Positions 36,721-44,621 of a stretch of 64,000 bases of DNA are shown here, piece after piece. Made by a program: the position numbers and the translations under genes. How positions within the stretch are numbered: position 1 is the first letter of the stretch; each line of letters opens with the position of its first letter. Source of the stretch: an uncultured Bifidobacteriaceae bacterium (GTDB lineage: Bacteria > Acidobacteriota > Vicinamibacteria > Vicinamibacterales > UBA2999); the NCBI GenBank assembly GCA_964543955.1, contig CAZJBN010000001.1:56837-120836 (forward strand), in the 5' to 3' direction. A model generated the notes under the pieces. It was not told the DNA's origin, did not search any database, and was given only the letters and a program-made list of their open reading frames with translations.

Positions 36721-37233
36721 TCAGGAGCCACCCCGCACGATCTTGGCCGTCGTCACCACCTGTCCGGTGTGCCGCGAGGCATGCTCGGCCGCATGGAAGA
36801 GCAGCCCGAGCACGGTTGAGGGAAGGCCGGCACGGCCCACCGCGCGCTCGTCGCCGAGCGATGTCTCTGCTGTGGCCGCGAGCTGTGCCACCGCCGCATC
36901 GACAGCCGCACGCCATGCCGCGACGAGCGTTGCACCGGAGGGTCGCACCGACAGGTTCGATTCCGAGCGGAGCGCAGCCCGCTGCGCGTCGTCGAGCGGC
37001 TCGCCCCGTGCGTAGGTGAGCAGCCGATCCGTGCTGCCTGCGAGATGGCGGAGGTGGAAGCCGACCGAGGCTGCGCCACCGGGCGACGACCAGAGCTGAT
37101 CGTCGGTCAGGCCCGTGACCGCGGCCTCACAGTCTTCGACCGACATGATGAAGGCGTGCGCGGCCGGCTGCAGCAGCGAGGGAACATCCGGTACGGGGCC
37201 ACGGAGCCAGGGTTCGGGAAGCGGAGGTGTCAT
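36721..37233 (-). CDS. DinB family protein
   Basis: 170 aa four-helix DinB pattern with a His triad context (GFHLRHLAGSTDRL ... LFHAAEHASRHTGQ). Overlaps the upstream gene as ATGA. Confidence 0.8.
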   Translation of the reverse strand: MTPPLPEPWLRGPVPDVPSLLQPAAHAFIMSVEDCEAAVTGLTDDQLWSSPGGAASVGFHLRHLAGSTDRLLTYARGEPLDDAQRAALRSESNLSVRPSGATLVAAWRAAVDAAVAQLAATAETSLGDERAVGRAGLPSTVLGLLFHAAEHASRHTGQVVTTAKIVRGGS

Positions 37234-38072
37234 ACCTGCACGATGACAGATCGTGCGCCGAGCAGGGGAGCGGCCAGGGCCGTGTCCCCGGTGATCCGCA
37301 CACGGGACGTGATTTCGTCCATGGTGAGGCCGTTGTAGAACATCCGCCAGACGTCATCGGCCGCGATCTCGACGATCGTCGTGGGCGACTCGGGCCGTCC
37401 GCGCATGATCGTCCAGCCGCGATCGTCCCGCGCGATGGATCGGACGGCCGTCGTCTCGCCGTGCACGTCGAGCGTGGCCGTGGCTCCAGGGCTGGCGTGG
37501 ATCTGGCCGTACGCATGCGGCAGCGCGCGAACCGAGATGTCCAGCAGCGGCTCCATCCAGTGCGGTTCGAGCAGGCGCGCCCAGCCCGTCGCATCGCGGA
37601 TCTGCATCTGGTGATGCCAGCGCTCGGTGTACTCGCGGCCGACATCCATCCAGTTCTCGGAAGCGGACTCGCCGGCCCAGCTGACCGGGAAGATCGAGGG
37701 CCCATCGAGCGGCAGCGTACCAACGAGGTTGGCCACCCAGGCGCCCGTGATCTCGAGCAGGTCGGTGATGAGGCGCGGGCTGAGGCGGGCGCCGTACGAC
37801 ACGCCGCCCGCATTGACCCCATTGATGAACCGCGCCAGGTCGTCCCCCGAGGCGGTCGACCGGTCGGGCGCCAGCATGTGCCCATCACGCTGGACGGCGA
37901 TCCGGCGCAGATCGCCATCCAGCAGATGCACCGCCACATCGCGGACGCGCCAGGCGCGGGCCATCGTCGGCCGCTCCCAGTCGGCTGGGTCGAGCGACCG
38001 CAGCAGGCGCAGCAGCTCGTCCAGGAGCGGCCCGAAGAGCGGCGCCGTGTCGATTGGGGACAAGGGCGTCAC
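37230..38072 (-). CDS. DinB_2 / maleylpyruvate-isomerase-like (TIGR03083-type) protein with SCP2-like C-terminus
   Basis: Start placed at GTG 38072, with GGAGGAG 10 nt upstream. N-terminal motifs WRVRDVAVHLLDGD and REYTERWHHQMQIRDA. The C-terminal part resembles the sterol-carrier-like tail of these proteins. Confidence 0.75.
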   Translation of the reverse strand: MTPLSPIDTAPLFGPLLDELLRLLRSLDPADWERPTMARAWRVRDVAVHLLDGDLRRIAVQRDGHMLAPDRSTASGDDLARFINGVNAGGVSYGARLSPRLITDLLEITGAWVANLVGTLPLDGPSIFPVSWAGESASENWMDVGREYTERWHHQMQIRDATGWARLLEPHWMEPLLDISVRALPHAYGQIHASPGATATLDVHGETTAVRSIARDDRGWTIMRGRPESPTTIVEIAADDVWRMFYNGLTMDEITSRVRITGDTALAAPLLGARSVIVQV

Positions 38073-38118
38073 CGCTGGTGGACTCCTCCGGTTCGCGCGG
38101 CGGATTTGAAGGCCCGCC

Positions 38119-39132
38119 CTACTTCTTGACGTGCCGTTCGAGCATCCGGCGGCGCACGACGCCGCCGTACACGTTGCCCGCCGCGTCCACGCCAATGCCT
38201 TCGGCGCCCGCATGATCGTCCGCCGTGGACTCCATGTCCTCGATGAATGCCTCCACCACACCAGTACGCGCGGACCCGATTCGGATCCCCTTCCTGATGC
38301 CGGGAAGCTCGTGCGCGCCAGTGTCCCGGCCCCACGACTCCGAATCGGCCACATACATCACGTCGTCACGCGTGATGACGATGCCGCTCGGGCGGCCGAA
38401 CTGGCGCCATTCATCGATGAAGCGGCCATCCTGGTCGAAGATCTGAATGCGGTTGTTCTCGCGATCGCCGACGAAGAGACGGCCCTGGGCGTCCATGGCT
38501 ATCGTGTGCGGCTCGCTCAGTTCACCCTGCGCGGACCCTTTGCGGCCCCACTCCTTCACGAAGCGGCCATCCCCGGTGAAGTGCACCACGCGGTTGTTCC
38601 TGCCGTTCCTGTGGCTGTCGGTGACGAAGAGGTCGCCGTTCGGCGCAACGACGATGTCGGTGGGCTGGTCGAAGAGATCGCGCCCCGAGCCGCTGACGCC
38701 GGCCTTGCCCAGCGTCATCAGGACCCTGCCATCCGGACTGAACTTGAAGACCTGATGCCCTTTGCCTGCGGCACTTCCCGCGTCCGTCATCCACAGGTTC
38801 CCGTCACGGTCCACCGTCCCGCCGTGCGGAAAGATGAACAGGCCTTCGCCGAAGCTGGCCAGCAACCGTCCTGCCGCGTCGTATTTCAGGATCGGCGCTT
38901 CGGGCCGGTTCTCGCACGAGTTGGCGAAGCAGCGGTGCACGACGTAGAGGCTGCCATCGGGCGCCGGCTCGATGGCGGTGACCGCCGCCCATTTCACGCC
39001 GGGCGGCAACTCGCCCCAGTCTCTGGTCGTCTGGTAGGGCTGCGGGAGGTCGTTTCGCGGCGCGGTCCCCGGCTGCGCGACGGCAGGCGCGGTCAGCAGC
39101 GTGAGCGGCAGGATGAGGGTCGAGAGGCGCAT
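38119..39132 (-). CDS. exported NHL-repeat beta-propeller protein (peptidyl-alpha-hydroxyglycine lyase-like)
   Basis: Start placed at ATG 39132 (MRLSTLILPLTLLTAPAVAQ signal peptide). Repeated NHL-like blades are visible: GNLWMTD, GDLFVTDSHRNGRNNRVVHF, GRLFVGDRENNRIQIFD and VMYVADSE. Confidence 0.85.
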   Translation of the reverse strand: MRLSTLILPLTLLTAPAVAQPGTAPRNDLPQPYQTTRDWGELPPGVKWAAVTAIEPAPDGSLYVVHRCFANSCENRPEAPILKYDAAGRLLASFGEGLFIFPHGGTVDRDGNLWMTDAGSAAGKGHQVFKFSPDGRVLMTLGKAGVSGSGRDLFDQPTDIVVAPNGDLFVTDSHRNGRNNRVVHFTGDGRFVKEWGRKGSAQGELSEPHTIAMDAQGRLFVGDRENNRIQIFDQDGRFIDEWRQFGRPSGIVITRDDVMYVADSESWGRDTGAHELPGIRKGIRIGSARTGVVEAFIEDMESTADDHAGAEGIGVDAAGNVYGGVVRRRMLERHVKK

Positions 39133-39142
39133 CACGGAGGCC

Positions 39143-40267
39143 TTACTGCTGCCGCCTCTGCAGGTACGCAGCCCTGAGCGTGGTGACGAGGCGCTCGTCG
39201 ACGAGTCCGGCGGGCGTGCCGGCGAAGTCCAGCTTCTGATCGGCGCGGAACCTGTCGACTGCATCGATCGCTTCGGCGTCGTACTGCGCGTAGTCGCGCG
39301 TGAAGTCGGCCTGCGCGCGGCGCTGTTCGGCCTGCGCCTTCGCGAACGCGGCCGGATCGGTCTTCCGCAGCTCCTGATTGCGCAGCGCATTGGTTGACGG
39401 CGCCTCGGGGAACGCGGCGAGCGACGGCCGCCAGTAACCGAGGCCGTGCAGCATGCGCTTGAGCTCGATCACATCCGGCCCCTCGACATGCGAGAACGTG
39501 CGGTAGCCCAGGCGGCGGCCTGTCGTGTAGTAGATCCGCTTCATCTCGCCGACGGGCTCGGGGTGCTCGCCGACTTCGATGGCGAGCGCGATGTGATCGC
39601 CGCCGCGGCCCGGATCGTTCGGGTCCGCGATCTTGATGGCCGCCGACTGCAGGTTGCCCCAGCGGCGATCGCCGCCCTTGACCTGCCCAGCCTCGAGCGC
39701 GAGGATCATCCGCTCAGCGAGCGGCATGCCCGTGCCCTCTGTCGCCTCGAATCTCGCGGCGACGGCATCCACGACCTCGGGCCCGACCATGATGTTGGCC
39801 TGCACGGTGTAGTTGAGCCCCTGCCGGCTGCCGGCCCACGCGCCGTTGTTCTTGCCGCTGTGCGCCGCCGAGCGGCCCTTCATGTCGATCATTCCGAGCT
39901 GGCGCGATTCCCGCCCCTCGTCGCCTGTCAGCAGCTGTTCGATGGCAACCTTCGGCTCGACGCCCTGCGCCATCAGGTCGAGGCCCCGCACGCCGTACTC
40001 GACGACGGTCGAGGCCTGGGTGCAGACCGCGCCGACTCCGTGGCGGACCCACGGCACCGCGCGGCCCACGAACGGCACGCGCGTGGTGACGGCCGCTCCA
40101 GACTGGCCTGTGGCCGGATCGATCGCGCACAGCGAGAAGGTGGAGTACTGCGGATGGCCTTCGCCGTCGATCGCCACCCCGTCCTCCGCGCGCCACTGGC
40201 CGACGGCAGCGCCGGGGACGGCCATGACACCTGCGACGATCGACGCGATCACCAGACGACGGGACAT
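39143..40267 (-). CDS. DUF1028 (Ntn-hydrolase fold) protein with C-terminal peptidoglycan-binding-like domain, exported
   Basis: Start placed at ATG 40267 with GGAGG upstream, giving signal peptide MSRRLVIASIVAGVMAVPGAAVG. DUF1028 core STFSLCAIDPATGQSGAAVTTRVPFVGRAVPWVRHGVGAVCTQA. The C-terminus (LKRMLHGLGYW...AIDAVDRFRADQKLDFAGTPAGLVDERL) looks like PG_binding_1. Confidence 0.85.
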   Translation of the reverse strand: MSRRLVIASIVAGVMAVPGAAVGQWRAEDGVAIDGEGHPQYSTFSLCAIDPATGQSGAAVTTRVPFVGRAVPWVRHGVGAVCTQASTVVEYGVRGLDLMAQGVEPKVAIEQLLTGDEGRESRQLGMIDMKGRSAAHSGKNNGAWAGSRQGLNYTVQANIMVGPEVVDAVAARFEATEGTGMPLAERMILALEAGQVKGGDRRWGNLQSAAIKIADPNDPGRGGDHIALAIEVGEHPEPVGEMKRIYYTTGRRLGYRTFSHVEGPDVIELKRMLHGLGYWRPSLAAFPEAPSTNALRNQELRKTDPAAFAKAQAEQRRAQADFTRDYAQYDAEAIDAVDRFRADQKLDFAGTPAGLVDERLVTTLRAAYLQRRQQ

Positions 40268-40291
40268 GTGGCCTCCTGAAGTGAACGCCAT

Positions 40292-40319
40292 TGTACTGGC
40301 ACCGATGTACTGGCACCGA
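40292..40319. repeat. perfect tandem 14-bp duplication in the DUF1028 upstream region
   Basis: TGTACTGGCACCGA occurs at 40292-40305 and again at 40306-40319. This lies 25-52 nt upstream (minus strand) of the DUF1028 start. On the minus strand the junction creates TACAAT. Confidence 0.8.
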
Positions 40320-40439
40320 CTCCAGACCGGTCACGGCGCCGATTGCCGCTCGTGCACATCGGGCAGTGAGCCTGGACGGGCTCACACCTGAAGCGGAAGG
40401 GCTGGACAGGTCCTCCGATGGGGCGCGGCGCCGGCCCCG

Positions 40440-42014
40440 TCACCGATGGCGGGGGTCGTGCGAGGACAGACGCGACCTGAGCGCCCTCAGGTCCACGCGC
40501 GTGCTGCTCTCTCGCGCGTGCTCGTGCGCGGTGCGTATCCCGTTGCGCAGTTCTTTCTGGTGCTGCAGCCAGAACTCGGAGAACGTCTCGCTCATGGCGT
40601 GGTCGGCCAGCGCGCCGAGCGCGCGCGCGAGCAGGAAGCACGCCGCGGCGACGACAATGGCCGGGCCGCCGGTCGCGAAGGTGACGGGGTCGGGGCCGAC
40701 CTGGCCTATGAGCACGCGGAGCCCGCCGACGAGCAGCAGCGCCCAGGCGATGACGAAGAACCAGTACGAGGCATCACCGATCGCGACTTGGGAACGGACG
40801 CTGTCCAGGAGATAGCGTCCGCCGAGCGCCCGCTGAATGAGGCGCTCGACGGCTTCGGCCCGCCGGCCGATGACCTGCTCCTTGAGGGCATGGTTGGGAT
40901 CCTCCGGATCCAGGAGCGTCGTCGCCACGGTGGAGTTCGGCGGGATGTTCCCCGGGGCGTAGTCGTCGGTGCCGTTCGCAATGCGTTCGGCGACGGTCAG
41001 GTGGATGCGCGGGGCGATGCCGGTCCGGTTGCAGTACTTGCGGATGTCGCGAGGTGCCCATCGGTAGAAGAGGCCCAGCCCGGCGCGCGAGTCGTACAAC
41101 ATGTCGTCCACACTCGCGTGGGCCTGGAAGATCTCGCGATCCATCCGGTTCAGCCGCAATCCGCATCGCTCCGCGTGGCTGAGCATCCAGTCCAGCGCGA
41201 CGAGCGACAGGCCCTGCTTGGGGTAGCCGCCGCCCACGTTGGAGTGCACGCCGGCAAACCACACCTGCTCGATGCGCTCGTCGGGTCCGGTCCACACAAC
41301 CGGCTCGAACGCGACCCGGGCATCGTCGATGGCGAGGGCATGGCACGCTCGCCTGACGCTCTTGCCAAGCGTCTGGGTCGGGAACTTGAACTGGTACACG
41401 AAGCGGTTGACGAAGCCGGCCAGCGCGAACGGCATGCCGACGGCATCGACCGTGTCCCACACGCCGATGAACTCGATGGGCACATCGCAGTGCACCTTGT
41501 ATTCGCGCTGGAACTGCTCGATCATCTCGTGCCCGGGACGTCGCCCGATTGCACGCCGCACGGCCGTCGTCAGGAGGCTGCTGTACCGCGTGCGATAGGC
41601 CACGTAGGCGGCCTCGACCGCCGCATGAAGCGCGGAGTTGGTCGGACAGCTCAGGCCGTCGACGATGCCGCAGACGCCGATGAGGCCGGCCAGCGTCCGC
41701 GCGGTGAAGGCTCCGCGGCTGAAGCCGAAGAGGTAGATGCGGTCGCCGGGGTCGTAGACGCGCGCGAGGTCGCGGTACAAGTCCTTGACGTTGCGCTTGA
41801 GGCCGTAGCCGCCCGCGCCGCCCAGGATCTTGAGGACCGTGTTCCCCTTGGTCCCGACGCCGTCGTCGTAGAAGGCAATCTGCGCGTCGAGCGTCGGATT
41901 GGTACGGTGCTCGTTGAGATCGACGGCTTCGAACAGCTTGAAGACGTTGGTGCCGCGGCCCTTGATGCCGCTGTTCCCGGTGCCGTCGGAGCAGAGGATG
42001 ATGTTCTTGGGCAT
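40440..42014 (-). CDS. DUF2235 (Tle1-like alpha/beta hydrolase) protein with two C-terminal TM helices
   Basis: 524 aa. N-terminus MPKNIILCSDGTGNSG...TNVFKL...YDDGVGT...IYLFGFSRGAFTARTLAGL, with a GxSxG nucleophile elbow. C-terminal hydrophobic segments ASYWFFVIAWALLLVGGLRVLIG and GGPAIVVAAACFLLARALGALA. No signal peptide. Confidence 0.85.
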   Translation of the reverse strand: MPKNIILCSDGTGNSGIKGRGTNVFKLFEAVDLNEHRTNPTLDAQIAFYDDGVGTKGNTVLKILGGAGGYGLKRNVKDLYRDLARVYDPGDRIYLFGFSRGAFTARTLAGLIGVCGIVDGLSCPTNSALHAAVEAAYVAYRTRYSSLLTTAVRRAIGRRPGHEMIEQFQREYKVHCDVPIEFIGVWDTVDAVGMPFALAGFVNRFVYQFKFPTQTLGKSVRRACHALAIDDARVAFEPVVWTGPDERIEQVWFAGVHSNVGGGYPKQGLSLVALDWMLSHAERCGLRLNRMDREIFQAHASVDDMLYDSRAGLGLFYRWAPRDIRKYCNRTGIAPRIHLTVAERIANGTDDYAPGNIPPNSTVATTLLDPEDPNHALKEQVIGRRAEAVERLIQRALGGRYLLDSVRSQVAIGDASYWFFVIAWALLLVGGLRVLIGQVGPDPVTFATGGPAIVVAAACFLLARALGALADHAMSETFSEFWLQHQKELRNGIRTAHEHARESSTRVDLRALRSRLSSHDPRHR

Positions 42015-42126
42015 GCCGGTCCGCCAGTCCTGGCCGAGAGCTCGCCCCCGGGAAGACGTCCGGAGTCGAGGGGATTCTCTCTCCTAACCGGACTGGTGTC
42101 GAGGGGGCCGGGGCCGTTACAGCGGC

Positions 42127-42223
42127 GGGGTCAGGTCGTGAACGGGACGGATGGTGCGGTGGGGTCAGGTCCAGCGTGGGGTCAGGTCGCGAAACGTGAC
42201 GGCAGCAGGGCAGGATCCTGACC
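42127..42223. promoter_or_regulatory. iterated GGGGTCAGGTC motif in the divergent intergenic region
   Basis: Exact 11-mers at 42127-42137, 42161-42171 and 42178-42188, spaced 34 and 17 bp apart. An inverted partial copy (CCTGACC, 42217-42223) sits inside the 10-bp palindrome CAGGATCCTG (42211-42220). Confidence 0.55.
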
Positions 42224-42255
42224 GCCCGCACGCCCGATCCGGGTACGATCTCGCG

Positions 42256-43107
42256 GTGATCTTCCCGCCTCTGGCCTGCACGGTCCGCGGCTGCGGCCTC
42301 CCGCTGGCCCGGTACGACCGCAGCCTCCGTTGCCCGGCGGGCCATGCCCACGACGTCGCCCGGCACGGGTATCTCAACCTGCTTCAGCCCCAGGACCGGC
42401 GGTCGCCGGATGCCGGCGACTCGCGTGAGGTAGTCCATGCCCGCGCGCGTCTCCTGGCCGCCGGCGTCGGTCGCGCGCTCGTCGAGGCCGCGGTTTCACG
42501 CGCCGCCGCGCTCGACCTTGGCCACCGGCCGGTGGTCGTGGACCTCGGGTCGGGGACCGGCGATGCTCTTGGCCTGCTGGCGGCGACTCGACCAGTGATC
42601 GGCGTCGGGATCGACCTCTCGGTGGCAGCCGCGGACTCCTCCGCGCGCCGCTTTCCGGAACTGACCTGGGTGGTGGCAAATGCCGACAGGCGCATTCCCC
42701 TGCTGGACGGCTCGGTGCGCCTGGCGCTCTCGCTGCACGCGCGCCGAAACCCGAACGAGTGTGCGCGCATTCTGGTGCCCGGTGGCTGGCTGATCGTGGC
42801 GGTGCCGGCGCCTGACGACCTGGCGGAGCTTCGCGCGCTCGTCCAGGGGCATGCGGTCGAACGGGACCGCATGGCGAAGGTGATCGAGGAGCACGCGGCG
42901 AGCTTTGCCGTCGAAGAACGCTTCGCGGTTCGAGTGTCCCAGCCCCTGGACCGCGAGATCCTGCGCGATCTGGTCCGCAGCACCTATCGCGGCGGGCGTT
43001 CGACGGCCGCCGCTCGAGTGCACTCGCTTGCCACGACGGAGGTCACGCTCGCGTCGGACGTCGTGCTGTTCACGCGGGTTGCCGGTTGGTTGCCGGACTC
43101 CTGCTGA
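42256..43107 (+). CDS. rlmA: 23S rRNA (guanine745-N1)-methyltransferase-like (RlmA family)
   Basis: Start placed at GTG 42256. The N-terminal Zn-finger region resembles my recollection of the E. coli RlmA N-terminus (LACTVRGCGLPL...LRCPAGHAHDVARHGYLNLLQPQDRRSPDAGDS). SAM motif VVDLGSGTGD. Confidence 0.8.
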   Translation: MIFPPLACTVRGCGLPLARYDRSLRCPAGHAHDVARHGYLNLLQPQDRRSPDAGDSREVVHARARLLAAGVGRALVEAAVSRAAALDLGHRPVVVDLGSGTGDALGLLAATRPVIGVGIDLSVAAADSSARRFPELTWVVANADRRIPLLDGSVRLALSLHARRNPNECARILVPGGWLIVAVPAPDDLAELRALVQGHAVERDRMAKVIEEHAASFAVEERFAVRVSQPLDREILRDLVRSTYRGGRSTAAARVHSLATTEVTLASDVVLFTRVAGWLPDSC

Positions 43108-43184
43108 TGCGTCGAGCGGCCACCGATTCTGCCGCGCCGCTGCCGGCCACATGGCACCGCCCTTGCTCTAGTTCTTCGTGGAAA

Positions 43185-43241
43185 GGGGACAGGCGTCTTT
43201 CTTTCCGCATACAGGTGGCAAAGAAAAAGACGCCTGTCCCC
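43185..43241. repeat. long palindromic element (16-bp perfect stem, extendable to about 20 bp), terminator-like
   Basis: GGGGACAGGCGTCTTT (43185-43200) pairs with AAAGACGCCTGTCCCC (43226-43241). It is followed by CTTATTC on the + strand and TTTCC on the - strand. It lies 78 nt past the rlmA-like stop. Confidence 0.6.
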
Positions 43242-43403
43242 TTATTCACGGGTCACCGCCTGCGCAGCACGGAATCATTGGACGAGAGGACTCACAGCAA
43301 CGCGGCGGTGGCAAATTTTGACAACGATCGACGCGCGGTGTCACCCCCGAGGCACCTGGCGAGCGACACAGTCGGCCGTGATGGTCGGGCGGGGAGGGAC
43401 GGG

Positions 43404-43637
43404 ATGAAGGCCGCAACGAAGTTGCTGATTCGCCGGATGGCGCGTGAAGAGGAGGCCCGCGCCGTGGCCAGCCTGCGCCGGCCCGGGGCCAATCCGACGC
43501 CGGTCGTGCGCGCTGGCGAAGCCGCCAGCCTGCGGCTGCCGTTCAGCTACACGCCGTATCGCCTGCAGGCTGCCGACCGGTGGTGGCGCGAATCGGGCCC
43601 CGCTCCTGCAGCCGACCGCAAGCGACGCGTTCGATGA
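43404..43637 (+). CDS. possible small basic protein (77 aa), hypothetical
   Basis: ATG 43404 is preceded by GGAGGG 6 nt upstream. The product is MKAATKLLIRRMAREEEARAVASLRRPGANPT...RWWRESGPAPAADRKRRVR. No recognisable family. It lies in an otherwise unassigned 570-bp gap. Confidence 0.25.
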   Translation: MKAATKLLIRRMAREEEARAVASLRRPGANPTPVVRAGEAASLRLPFSYTPYRLQAADRWWRESGPAPAADRKRRVR

Positions 43638-43676
43638 CCCGCCTGGACCGGCGCAGATCCGCAGTGCAGCGTCTCG

Positions 43677-44573
43677 TCAATCCTCCGGATCCGGCACGAT
43701 CCGGCCGCCCGTGAGGAAGCGTTTGTACTGCGTATAGTCGGTTGCCGTGAACAGCCGCGGCGTCGCAGAACCACGGGTGATGTTCATCGACGTCACTGAC
43801 ACCGGCAGCACCAACGTTTCGTCCGGCTCCTCGAATCTCACCGGCTTGAAGCGAATCGACCGGTCCATCCGCTCCACCGTCCACTCGCGTCGGTTGCTCC
43901 TGAGCCAGGCGACCCTGGGCAGCGGGACGTCCACCATGCCGACGAGGCCCTGATCGAGTCGGAGCACATCGAACGTCTCGGCGTCGATCCATACGCGTCC
44001 GCGCATGCCCCCGTCCACGTCGAAGCTCACACAGTCCTCCCGATCCGGGACCATCGAGACCTCGACGGTGGGCCTGGCCTTCATCCGGTAGTCGATCTTG
44101 ATGGCCGCGCGGCCGTCCACCTTGTCCATCCCCGCGTAGGTGAACGTGTGTGCGTCGTGCTGCTCGGGCAGCAGCATGGCAATCGCGGGAGTCTCGGTGG
44201 AGTTCTGTTCGGGCGTCGTGCAGTTGTTCGGATCGCGCTTGCGCGGAGGGTGACCGTTGATGCGGAGGACCTGCCGTTCCATCCTGGCCTCCGGCGTGCC
44301 GCCGTCCCCGCGGGCGGCCTCCCACGACAGGCGCAGTTCCGATTCGACGGTTCGACCCGTGGCGTCGTTCGAGGAGGGCTGGCCAAAGGGCCTCAGGCGC
44401 ACCGTCTCCAGGCACACCAGGCTCTGGGCGCGGGCGAAGTAGCGCTCGACGCGTTCGCCCACCTTCTGCAGCGTCGTCGCGAGATCGACGCGATCGTCCG
44501 GCGCGGCATATGCCGTCACGCCTAGTGCGACCAGCGTCGCGACGCCGAACGGCCACCCCGGACTTCGAGCCAT
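43677..44573 (-). CDS. exported hypothetical protein
   Basis: 298 aa. Signal peptide MARSPGWPFGVATLVALGVTAYA. Beta-rich composition in a coding-like frame. Lies 48 nt downstream of the D-aminoacylase gene. Confidence 0.7.
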   Translation of the reverse strand: MARSPGWPFGVATLVALGVTAYAAPDDRVDLATTLQKVGERVERYFARAQSLVCLETVRLRPFGQPSSNDATGRTVESELRLSWEAARGDGGTPEARMERQVLRINGHPPRKRDPNNCTTPEQNSTETPAIAMLLPEQHDAHTFTYAGMDKVDGRAAIKIDYRMKARPTVEVSMVPDREDCVSFDVDGGMRGRVWIDAETFDVLRLDQGLVGMVDVPLPRVAWLRSNRREWTVERMDRSIRFKPVRFEEPDETLVLPVSVTSMNITRGSATPRLFTATDYTQYKRFLTGGRIVPDPED

Positions 44574-44621
44574 CGGTCCCAGTCCGCGCGCAGTGTAACC
44601 CGTTCGGCTGCGAAGTGGCGA

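Noticed and set aside
40446-42221. 591-aa + strand ORF and 554-aa - strand ORF (40774-42438) over the DUF2235 gene
   Set aside because: They are alternative frames of the same region without motifs. The 40440-42014 frame has the DUF2235 signature and TM helices.
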